Made by a program: the position numbers and the translations under genes
Notes under the pieces: model-generated
Database searches by the model: none
What the model saw: the letters and a program-made list of their open reading frames with translations, nothing else
What the model was told of the DNA's origin: nothing
Source of the DNA: Bugula neritina
Taxonomy: Eukaryota; Animalia; Bryozoa
Assembly (NCBI GenBank): GCA_964035545.1
Contig: OZ037768.1
Span: 19,203,700-19,267,699 of the forward strand
Direction of reading: 5' to 3'
Length of the DNA: 64,000 nt
Shown: positions 1-13,150 of the stretch, piece after piece
Layout of the letters: the number at the start of each line of letters is the position of its first letter
How positions within the stretch are numbered: the stretch's first letter is position 1

Positions 1-353
1 ATGCAAGGACCTAAAGTCATCAAACACAGACAAATCAAACAATTCCAACCTTTTTAGGCTAACTGAAAGTGGACTGCTCAAATTTGCGCATCAAACTATA
101 ATTTGTATGAATGCACCTTTTGGAGAAACTAATCCAGGTAAATCGTTTTCCAACCTACAAACATTCTCCAACGAAACAAGTAGTGGCTGCATATTTACAA
201 AAGATGCCCAACTGAACCATTCTTATACAAAGTTCAAAAACGAAATGAGCCAAACACAGTTTCTAACACATCGGCTAGATCATATTAATCTAATGTGATA
301 TTCCTATATTATTTTAGTATATTGTTTTATTTACAACACAATGAATTACTCAC

Positions 354-3300
354 CTGTCCATCGCAGCTCATGCTAATTGGCTGGTTATCACACAGCATGT
401 TGTACAGTGACTGGGTGTGAGCGAATGGTATGCTCGTACTACAACACCAGGAGTAGACTGAATAGGAAGGAAGTACGACGTTACATTATTAGAAACAGAT
501 CAGAGTGCCAGCTGGTATTTATAGGAGTGTGTTTATAATGGTTTTATACCAAAATAACTTAACAAATATTGCTTACAAACAACCAAATATAGAATAAAGA
601 TTCTAATAGTATACAAATGGAATATCGACTGCCCACTCCATTAGCATATCGGAGTAAAACGCTTATTCTCGCATTCCAACACTTGAATTTTATTTAGAGG
701 CCTAACTCTGGTATACTTGATATCAGCTGAAAATATTTATGATTAATTGATTAGGTACGAACACCTGTAAAAGTCCGGCTGTACAGGGCGGAGCTTTGCA
801 CAAACTGCTAGTGAAAACTTCGGACAGACAGCAGAATAGGCTGTTTTATATAAATTTCATGCATGTGAACACGCTGAACAAATAATCCGAATGGTTCTTG
901 TGGTAGTGAGCTGATTTGCTGACTACTATTCAGTGAGTTCAATTTTGCATCTCAGTTTTGCATTTTTATTTCAATCAATTGCACATCATTGCGAGTAGCG
1001 AGTGAGATCTCATATTGAAATAATTTACAAAATAGGTCGACAAAGCCATCGGGAAATACAATTTGTCACTTGAGTTTCGCTTCCACTGGGCGGGCATTGT
1101 GTGTAGCAGGAAACTCCCGCAGCGTTAGGTTTCGAACGCAGCTGCTAAAGGCTGATAGCTCAAACCATAAAAACAATAATTTACAATTACTGCTTTCCAA
1201 GAACATTGTCCTGAACTAGACTAGTTGGTTTTCACTTTATATAGCAGATCAACACTTAAGTTTTAGTGTTCGTAAAAATACTGAATGATTTTGCATTGCC
1301 GCATAGAATAACTAATACCGCAGCTTTTGACATAACACTACACACAAACATCATAACACAGCAATTTGAGATAAACACTTGCAAACCAACACCGTTATCA
1401 GTAATGTAATACATTCTACGTATTCTAAACTAGCAGATTCTGTCCCCATGTAAACTCAAAAGAGTGCAGCTATTATAATGTTTTTGTCCAATTGAAGTGC
1501 TGATAACAGTTATCAGACACACGGAGATACAAACACAATCTAGAACATCAGCACAGCTAAAATATTTGAACAATTTTAAGTACACATTTGATTTTCGAAT
1601 ATGCATAAATTAAAATGAAATTTGTGTTGATATAAGAATACACATTTTAATAGCTGAACACCAGTTTTAATTGGTCTTCAGTGGATAGTTAAACATTAAT
1701 GATATAATTGATATAATATGTCATAAAATACCTCTTAATCCAGTTGACAAAGTAGACAGTGGTAAGGTTACTCTGGCCAAACGCTGAGAGCAGGTTGGAG
1801 GGAGCTAATCCATTAACTGAAGCCAAGCCATGGAAATACGCGCTGCCTTGTACCATGAATATGAGGAACAAAGCCTGACACTCCTGTAACAATATCACCA
1901 ATGATACAATTTATGTAAGGCATTGTGAAATATGCAGCAAACATTAATCAGGCACCATCTATTCTAGGCAGTATGTATATGTGTCGTGTAGTGTGTAGAT
2001 GTGTCGTGTACTAGGTCCGACGCAGATACAATTCTGTAATAAGGCTACCAACTTTATTAGTACTAAAGACTTGATGTTTACAAAGAAAAAGTAAAAACTA
2101 CTTGTGCAGTTTAATATTACTCATAAATTGATAGAACTTCAAATTAAAAATAATCCCAATTAAATCACCTAGTTCTAGATGAGTTTCCTCCATTCTTTCC
2201 TTCATGAAATTCAGTTCTTTGATGAACAAATATTTATGCCAAAAGCTGGGTAATTCTCAATTTTTGAATGATTTAGATGTCAAGGGAAAAGACATCTGAA
2301 AGAAACTAATTTGCAAGCACTGAAACTCACCTGCAAGGCAGCATTAATACGGCTAGCCGTGGGCTGACTTGTGGCCCACAGACCATTAGCCTGACTAAGC
2401 TCCAACATTCCACGATGAAGGGAACTCACGACAAAGTACCGGCAAGGTGAGGTGGACTTGAAGGGGTGAGGTTTAGACAGCTGAGCTGGGGCTAGAAAAC
2501 ATGTAAGTATAAACTGTTGCTGAATTATATGTTTTTACAGATGTATTAGAAAAGATGGTAAACATTAACACATTCACTTTAATAAAGTAGTAATAATATA
2601 TAAGAGTGAAGGAAAGCTCCACATTCTACACTCTTTCCTCAATATAATCTCTTACTGAACTCAAGTATCTTGTGAATTTATATTAAAAGAGAATAGTCCC
2701 AAAATTGAGGGGTTTATCAACCATCTAGCATTTAAAAGTGATCATTAACGCAAAAAAAGAATTCAAGTTACAGCTGACACTAACTTGGTCTATAGTTGTT
2801 CATCACAAAATGTAAAATGCATACCTGGACTAATGCTGGGACTGTTTGTTGTACTACTCCGCTGGCTGTTAGAAGAACTACTTTTTAGAGAGGATGTTTC
2901 ACTGTGACCAGCCTTCCCCACTTTATTCTCTGAAAACAAGTCAAAGAAACACTCTAATCTCGCAGATAAAAACAGCTTTGCTGTGGGGAGATTATACCAC
3001 GCCCCCAGCAACACACAGCAACATGGCCTGAGACCACCTGCTGTGTTACCAGATCAAAATGTGAATGGTTTGATAATGTAGTGGACTCCCTGCAATGTTG
3101 ACATACGGTTTCCATAGTTGCAGGTGGTTGCAGGTGGTTAGTGGAGATACCAGAACCTACTCAACTTTGCCTGGTGACAGGTCAAAACCTGACTGCAGAT
3201 GTTTTGAACACAATTACTTAGCTGGTGTGTGCTAAATATAATAAAATGACCAATATAGGTTACTACATATATGATATCTAAATTACCATATGCTATTAGA

Positions 3301-6300
3301 TATAATATTACTAAATGCTACTACATATAACATTACTATATATACTACTACCTTTAATATTACCATATGTATATTACTATATACTACATATAATACTACT
3401 ATATTGATATATTACAAGATAAACTTACTGGAAGGTCGTTTGTGATCAGTTCCTGGCCTGTTCTTTGCTCGTCTCTGCTCGCTGCCGCTAGAAGAGTCAT
3501 CAGAATGCTGACTGTGGCTTGTGTACTCGGAGAAGCCAACCCCAGTTCCTGAAGCTGACCAATACACAACAAATTGTCAGAATTATCTAAACACACAATC
3601 CGAGGATGAAGAATAAAGGCAAGCATTTAGAGTGGAGCAGTACATTAGTTATGATTAGCCCAGTATCAAGAGTCAGGCTAAGAGAAGTTGCAACATTTAT
3701 AGTACTACACACAGAGACACAAACTGTATACACAATAATATACACAGAAACACGAACTGTATACACAGTGATATACACAGAAACAAACTGCATACACAAT
3801 AATATACACACAACAACAAACTGTATACACTATACACAATAATATACACAGAAACACACCCTGTATACACAGTGATATACACAGAAACAAACTGCATACA
3901 CAATAATATACACAGAAACATGAACTGTATACACAGAAACAAGCACCGTTATATATAACACAGTTATATACACACATAAACACATAATATCAATTATGAC
4001 CCACCCATGGGTCTGGGTCGTTGACCAATTCCTACTGGCTGCTTCAACCCAAGTGCCTGCTCTTCACTGGTCAAAATCATTACGATAGTCTTTATTACGG
4101 TCTACAAATGCAACAAGAATAGTCACAATACTTTATTTAATATCTTTAAGAGTTCGCTATAAAAATGCTGCAAAAATCCTCTGAAATAACACCAGTAAAA
4201 CTCTGTAAATGCCACTCATTCACAGAATATGAGATGAAAATTAGGTAGGCACATCCGACGAACCTGTCCTGAGTCCGAACAAGTCAAACTACTTGAGCCA
4301 GGATACGCTGCAAGTGCTACAACTATTGGGTATTAAAATGATTCTGTTAGGGTGCATAACTATTCTTGGTTAAAAATTGCAGTTTAGAAAATGGCCTTAG
4401 GAATTTCTCGTTTAGTCATCTCTACGTTTAGAAAAATTCATTTTACTAATATTAGAGAATGGCAAAAGGAAATGCTATTTCAGTCATCTCTACGTTACTT
4501 AGTGGCTTTCTATTTACTGCAGATTCGAACAGATTATAACCGCAATTTATATCATACTTATTATCATAAACTTTACAACTAGGAGATAAACAAGTCTCCT
4601 AGACAGCAAGGATGTTTCCATTTACCTCTTCAGCGTGGGTGAGCTGCTTGTTCGGAGTAACTAGTTTTCTCAACACAAGAGAATACAACTTCTGTCTGAG
4701 GTGCTGAATGAGTTCGGCTAGCTGATGGTCAACAGAAAATTTAATCCAATTATCCAATGAGAAAGTGACTTTCTGATCAAGTGGGGAGTTGTCTTCTTCG
4801 CTGTCACTGCTAAACACTGAGCCCTCATTGCTTGCCGCCATCACTATAGTGTATAACAGTTAAAGTATATGAGCAATGTACAATATTATATTATAACATA
4901 AGGTGTGATATAGCATATAGCTGGTAATATACTGTAATAGAGTGTGTGATACAATATAATATAGTTCGTATTATTGTAATATAATATAGTATGTGATATG
5001 ATAGTGTAATATAGTGCATAGATTATAGCAAGTAGTGTGAGATATGATAGTATAATATAGTGTGTAATACAGTGTGTTATATTGTAGCAGTATATAGCTG
5101 TAACGTCATAGTATAATAGAGTGCATAGTATTATAGCAAATAAAGTTGACCATCGCGTGTGAAAACACTGGTAATTTAGCAGTTGCATTCTATACCAATA
5201 GCTCCCAGGTTTTTACATATTTTAGTGCAATTTACATAAAATCACATAAAAATGGGTAGACTCTCTCGTCATATTTCTAAATTGTAAGATAGCTTAGAGC
5301 CTGGCCACACTTGCATTGTCGAATACAAACATACACAAAAATTATGTATCTATGTAAAGTAAAAAGTGAAGTATTACGCAAAGACTGTACTAATGAGATA
5401 ACACACACTTTCAAGACCAAATTTCACCAAATTTTAAACTTTCTAGTTTGATCAATATTACAATAAATGTGGAATATCCTTACAATACAGTACAATACAT
5501 AGTAGACGCAGAGAGCATCGGCCTTGTTTGTGTTATGGTCAAGTTAATAAATATACCCACCTTTTCCAAAACTGATATTAAGACGAGATGGACCTCCAAA
5601 AAGAGCCAAGGTAATAGGGCTGATAGCCGTGGCGCACCTGGCCTTAGAGGTTGAGAAACTACAAGATACCAGGATACTCTTAGTATAGAAGATAACATAA
5701 AAACTTGTAAAATCACAGACGAAAACTGCTTTTTTCCTCAAAAAATAAATGATAAATATAAGGATATTGATATTATATGAAACAAGATGTGCACAGTAGA
5801 GCAAATTTTAGATTCACTGCGTTTCCAAGCTTTGCATTATTCGAATAGATTTGTTCACTCGATGTTTGTAAACAGTTGCATAAAATAAAACCACAACCAC
5901 AAGTTCATGCAAACTGCAACCAATCGCGTAACGCAAAGTCATGGAAACGCAGTGATTAGCAGCAAGAAATACTCACTTCCTGATAGAGTAGGACACATAC
6001 GGAGAGCGGCACAACTCCTCGTAAATCACCCAGTCTGTCGGCAGAGCATCCACAGCCTCCTTGTGACTGTCGGTAGTGACTTTACCCACTGATTGGTTGA
6101 GGACAGACGTTGGGTGAAATCTCACCTTGTTCTCCTTCCTACAACACACCACACTACACTTTAGCAGGAAATACAGGTTGCCTGCATTCAGTCACAATAA
6201 TTTGAAAGCGAATGGAAAATAATATGCAGCAAATAGATTGACGTTGAGATATTTTATTTCTTATATGATTACAGAGTAGTATATATTACATTATACTCTC

Positions 6301-9300
6301 ACTACATTACTTAAAGACCTTTAATCCTTTTAGAATGCTAAAAGCAACTTTGTAAAGATATAATCTTATTATGAATTACTATGGAAAAATTCATACATCT
6401 CAAGCACGTTTATACATCTTGACTTGGAATTTATTATTTGGATACACGAATATCTTTACACTAAACAATCAAACTCCTATAAAGTTAGGTCTATGAACAT
6501 ACATCTATAAGAGACAAGAAATATATAGACAGAAATTATCTAGAATAATATTATTTATCGATAACATACTCTGTTTTAAATTCACTTGACCCCCTGTCGA
6601 CCTTCATGATGTTAGGATAGGTTCCGGCACAGAGTGCTGCTTTCACCACAGCCCAGCAGTCGGAGTTGGTGTTGAGGTCCCTGATGTCTCCAGCTCCTCT
6701 AGCTCTCACGAATCCTGACGCTCTTAGCTGACCCAGCAGCAGCGACCTACACAGCAGAACGACGACTAGACCACAGCATGGGCAAGTCAGCGTGATCATT
6801 GAGTCATGTTGTTGATATATCTTTAACAACAAACCAGGGTTATAAATTCAATTCTCTTAGTTTTCAACGTTGAGATGGGTTTTCAATTTACATCTTATTA
6901 ATGCAGAAATTTAAAAGAAAATTCATTGCTTCTATTAGCTATACATGCCAGCAACTAACCTCACAGATGAGTAGATGTGATACTAGGAACAGTCTAAACA
7001 ACATAGTATTATAACAAAAAATATGTCAGTAAAGCATTAATCAACTTCAATAAAATGTACAAAAACACTGACAAAGTTTATGTTTGTTTACACTTGAATG
7101 CTATAGTGTCAAACCAAATACTGGCATGCTTTTTTAATAACATCAAGTGTCATGGGCATTACATCACTAGCATGCTTTTAGAAGCAGCAACATTGGGTGC
7201 TGCTAGCATTACATTACTAGCCATGTTATTATTGGCATGGGAGAGTCTCAGATTATTGACGTAAACAATGATGCACCAGCATATAAACTAAATGTTACCT
7301 CATCCCTAAAATCATTTCCATGGTAGCAGAGGATACGAAGTTCTTCTCACAGAAAGACTTCTCTATGCCGTCAGCTCGCGCTTTTTGCCATGCCTGGAAC
7401 ACTCGAAGATAGGTCATGTGATCACTAAGAGACTCGGCGCCAAACCGCTGCCTCACTTTGGCAGCGGCTCTTTTCAAGGAGGAGTTTATCGGCAGCAAAA
7501 CTGAAAATATTGAGTAACGGAGGCTGTAGTGAATGCTTCCTTAGTGACATGTTTATTATTTTCTAAAAACAACTTTAAACCAAAATCAAATCTCATAACA
7601 GAGTGAGTGAAATCAACAGATTTTTCACATTTTCAAATTTTTCATTGCAATTCGAAAAAATCTAATGTATAAGACGCAAAGTTCTATCTTGCAGAAGGAG
7701 ATTAAAGACAAAGGTTGCACTTGATTTGAATAGATGAGTCATTATAACCAAACGGAGTTGATGAGTGACTCAGATTGAAAGCAGGACAGAACATCATATG
7801 GCGTGACTAGTTGTGACCATGTGGAGGTAACTCACAAGGTTCCTTGTAGGCTAGGGTACAGGCGATGGTGAGCACGGGATCCAGGCATTTCAGCATCACA
7901 GAGTATATGATCATTTTACCAAGACGTGGAGAAATGGGGATGTCAACCAAATGGTGTCCCAACTCTGTCAGGTCTTCAGAGTCATCCAAAGCATCCATTT
8001 GCTGAACCAAAGTAAAACACAATGCAATGAAATATCAGATTATTATTGTCTATTTGTATATTAGAAACCAGTCATATTCTTAGACCTTTACTTGCAGCTT
8101 TACTTTACAGAGTAATTAAGGGGGGGGTAACTTATACATCGAGAAATAACTACAGTGCTTTCTCTGTATCTCACAGCTCCATTTTTCACGAAATTCCATA
8201 GGTCATGAGAAGGGCTTGAAACCCTGTTTTGTAGCTTATATATGCGTGTATAGGGACAAAATTGCTGAATTTAACAAATCCACAAGTTAAATCTGGTATT
8301 CTACTATGCCACGAATTGAGGTAGTGAGATAAGGAGGGAGCATTGCAGATTACTCTTATATTCTACTTGCACATATGTACCACATGCATGTATCATATAC
8401 ATGTACTATATACACACCTTGAGTAACTGGACAGCATTTCTAGCAATGAGAAAAGAAGGTGGCTCTGGAGCCAGGGAGAGGAAATCTGCTATGCCAGTGT
8501 TACTCGGGGCCAACAACTTAGTCTGCAGGCAAAGTTCCTGTAGACAAAGAAAGTATAGTGTAAACTCTGGTGCGCAAATTTCCTGTCATTGGGGTAGGAA
8601 TTTTCCCAGCAGATAAAATTGAAAAATAGTAAAAGACCTTAAAAAACAGATTTGCTTCTTAAAACAGCTTAGTATTTACAGTATCGCACACAGTTGAATA
8701 TATATAATGATAGTCTGGATGCTAAGATACACAAATGAGTGGGTAGAACACTGGATACTGGCTTTTGTTGCTGTACAGAAATCAAAACTTTAATGAATTC
8801 TAATATGCAAGTAACCTTTTTGCATCTAAAGAGGAAGTCTAAATTTGAGAGGAGGTGAGTTTGCAGAGTTTACAGCGCTTCCTAATCACCAAGTATAAAT
8901 TACTGAACATGTAACACTCAATTGGCAACACCTGATAAACTAAATAATCAACCTCTTCAGATTGAGTAACTTATAAATTCCTACCAATTAGACTCACAAA
9001 TTTATAGGATGAGCTAAAATATGGAGTTGACAAGTAATACTCATGAAATAGTGTATCTATCTAATATCTTACCATACTCATTCACTATGCATATAGCAAA
9101 TGTGTTTTACAATTTTGCAAAGCTTCCGAAGGTTAAATGCTTTACATATCACAACATACATAATTATAGTAATTAAATGTAATTCCCTGTGACAGACTCA
9201 TTGCCACACCATATACCCGGAGAGATCATGCTATCTATATTCATATACCTGAAGAGATCATGCTACCTATACTCATATACCTGTAGGGGAGAGCGGAGCA

Positions 9301-12300
9301 TCTCGGCCACCTGATAGGGCGCCATGTTCTTGTATCGGGTGGAGCTGAACAAATGATATGCAATACCCGGCTTGCATCTGCCAGCCCTGAAATGAGACCA
9401 CAGGTGCTTGACAAGTCAGAAGGTGAAGGAAGTGCAGCAGCACTGGGATGGGGAGAGAGGTCACAAATACTTTAAAAGCTCCAAAAAAATTTCCATTATG
9501 TAAAAATGAGAATAAAATTTAAAAAATTGATGAAATAATACAGTGCCCTTGGTTCACACTGTGATTGTGAGAGGGAATTCAAACTTACGAAAATATAATC
9601 TATTGAGATGATAAAATTGAGAATGAAATAAAAAATTGTAGCAAATTGTAATAGGATTGGACAAGGAAATGTTGGCAGAACATGTGAAAGTGAAGAAGAT
9701 GAGAATATCAAAGCATAGCTTACTAAATAGGTGACTCATCTCACAAATATTTCATTTTAATACAATATTGATTTAAAAATACTTGAACTACAGGTAATAA
9801 AAGAGTCAAAAACTAAAGTTTTCAACTGAGTAAAAAACATATGCACAAGTTGTTTGTAGGAAAATTCCAGTATGTATATTGTGTTCGTTTAGCTGCCAAT
9901 TTCTACTTACAGATCATAATGATTTCAACAAGTTTAAAGATTTTTAACAAGCAGCAATTAAAATGTTTTCAACTACAACAAAGTCCAGCACAGTACTAAC
10001 GTGATATTATGGGTAGTCAATAAAACTTCCTATATGAAATGAATAGATAGTATAAATAGAATATATACATCTATTTCAATATGTTGCATCCAGATTCTAG
10101 TGATGACATTTTAATTTTTAGTGTGTCTTCAACTTCAAAAATGCTATTACTGACATTTAGTGAGTATTATTTAGTGAGTATTATTTAGTAAGTATTACTT
10201 AGTGAGGATTGCGTGACTAATGATTATATACCCAAATGAGCTCAAGCCGTAGTTTGGTAAATATGGTAGCAATGTTAGGCCAAAAAAAATTACACATTTG
10301 TAAAGCTAACAGAATCTAAATGTTTGAGTGATAGTAATGCTGTTGCATGCACACAGTGAACCAAGAGACTCCAACACTGGAACCATGTGATAGATTCATA
10401 CTAATAAACGAAGCATCACCTTCCAGCACGCTGAGCCGAACTAGCCCGACTTATCCAGTTGCATCTCAACATGGAGATGTTGGAGAAAGCATCAAAAGAT
10501 TTCTCCTTCACCTTGCCACAGTCTACCACGTGGACCACATCGTCTATAGTAAGGGACGTCTCTGCAATGTTCGTAGCCAGTATCTAAAGAGTAAAACAGA
10601 TGGTATGTAGAGCATCAAGAGTGATATATGGTTTAGTACTACCAGTCAAACACTTCAATGGCCTGAAGAAACTTCCAGATTAAATTTTAAAGATCAAGAT
10701 TCAAATTAAATATATAAAACATATAAACCATATTCTATTCTATTCTTGGGTTCAAAACTTGTAGACTAAAAACAATGGAATATAAACCAACTCACACGTC
10801 CCTGTTAAATGTTGGTATATATTAAAAGTTTCAATATGAATTTAGGCAGTTATATTGCTCACTACAGTATTTCAATGCTACAGGCTGTGCCCATTATAAG
10901 ATTTGTAAAGCAGTATTCAAGGTCTTCCAAAAGATGCCTCACCATTTCTTTTAACCAGAAACTTGCCAAAATATATAAAACACAATGTGTATTCACTATT
11001 TGCAGTTAAAAGCATTTAAACATTTTTTCAAGTAGAAATATTCTGCAGGATGACTTGGTGGCATCAACTATCAATCTGCAGCTACGAAAGGGGGGGGGGG
11101 GCAGTAAACAAGCCAAAGGGTAACTTACACCCTTGAGTATGGAAGTAGGCTATGACACATTTAGAGGAAATTCTGTCTGCAGTTAATGAATTACAAGGGG
11201 AGAGGGTTGCGGCTGCTACATGCTGCAAGCTAGAGACTCCAAGAGGAAATGGTGAGACTACAGACTCTGCACCACCAGGACCACAACCAGCTTATGAGAC
11301 ATCAAAATGGAAGGGCAATAACAAGTATATATTCTGTCACACAACACTTTTGTATAACATTAGAAAGTCTATGGCTTACTAGTTTCAACAGGCACAATTT
11401 TCTGGCCATCGTGAAGATATATTCCACAGTACAAGAAGCCAAAAATGTCTAAAAAGGAGTTATTCATCTATATATAATTCCTTTTAAATGGCGCCTTTAC
11501 CCCTCTCCTCCTATAACTTGGAATTATGTTTATACTGAGTAGATGCAGTAACCTGAAGCTCATTAATGTGAAAAGTGAAATGCCATGAATTAGTTGAAAG
11601 TTGACACGTCAGATTGAAGCCTAATGCTAGGATACTGCACACCCCTTAGGGAGTTATCTTCTTTAATAGTTTCAGTGCACTAAATAGGTCGCCTATTATT
11701 TGCTTAATCTCAGTACAATGATTTCTAAAGAAAATTTATAACAAATGATGACAAGCTTTAAGCAACGTTCTGAGAGGTCTATTCATCATTATCAATTCAA
11801 AGCTACTATCACAATGCAACTGTGTATTAGCCTCTACTAGCTAAGAGAGGCGTTAGTCATAGTCAACTACTCGTTAATCACCAATTCTTTATTCCGCTAG
11901 TTACCAGTTGGAGAAGCTTTAACCAGAACTGAAACTTCAGTCTAACTATAATATTCAGTTATCGTTGATTCACTCAAAGTCAATTAGTATACTGATAGCT
12001 TATACTACAGTAGAGTGTGAGAGTTAAACACTGAGCATCAGTTATACTGAGACTAGGGCTTACCTTCGGGCTTAGGCTATTATTTTGTAACTCTTTCTAT
12101 ACAGTAATATCTAATCTATATTTGAATTTGACCAGTATAAATTTTTCACTAACATAATTGAACTTGATCATCAAATGGAATATTATCAAACATAAAAATA
12201 AAACCAACGAGGTAAGTTATTTATAATTTTTCAGTATAACTGAATTCCAAATTTACTTTTAGTATAATAAATATAATCATAATGCTTTAACTTTAGGTGA

Positions 12301-13117
12301 TTTCATTTTACTTGTAACTTACTAATATTAATACAGTAATAATCATCAACATAATCACTTAATAATAATGGTAATGTTTGTATAAGTTTTGTTTGTGATT
12401 TATATAAAGAAAATGTTTCCAAGTTTCAAGTAAAATTTGATATATCTTAATCTTATCTTAATTATTGAATGTCAAGATTTATGTACGTAGTAATTGTTTA
12501 GAATCAGTATGAGTAGTTACCAACTTAAGGTATGCTGTAGCAGTGTAATGACTAACTTGTATTAGCAGGTGCATTGGCAGTTATTAACTTCTCATTTATC
12601 TGAGCTAAAGAAAAACTAGGAGTAACTCAGAAACATGTCCTTCCGAGTGAAACACCAAAGAGCCCGTAAACTATTCATATCACAAGCCCTATCTCACCCG
12701 AAATGCCCCAAGTCAATGGACATTATTGACAGAGGAGGGGAGGGTATCAAGTTCACAGCCAACACCTCCAACCCTGACAATCTGGTGAGATGGTGGATGC
12801 GGACAATCAGAGAAGCTTATCCTGATAGCAAACCTCATGATGAAGGGAAATATGGACACAATATAACAATACCTATAACTACGGTAAATTATATTATTCA
12901 GGGTATGTAAATTATTGACTACACTTCAGAAATGCAATGGATCAAGGCGTTGTCACGCATAGTGATGGAAAATAGCTATTCTATAATATTTTACCACTAG
13001 GGTGATAGGCTTGGACAAATTATAATGACAAGTAGCAGGAATAACAGTGGTAGAGGCACTAATAGTAGCAGTAGTAGTAGTAGTTGGTAGTGCTAGTTGT
13101 TGGTAGTAGTGGTAGTG

Positions 13118-13150
<33 letters not shown>

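Noticed and set aside
3587-3983. Overlapping Cys/Val/Tyr-rich ORFs
   Set aside because: Translations of the intronic 31-bp minisatellite.
11152-11452. GC-richer ORFs in the large YTHDC2 intron
   Set aside because: No recognisable motifs or consistent splice partners; possibly a TE fragment.
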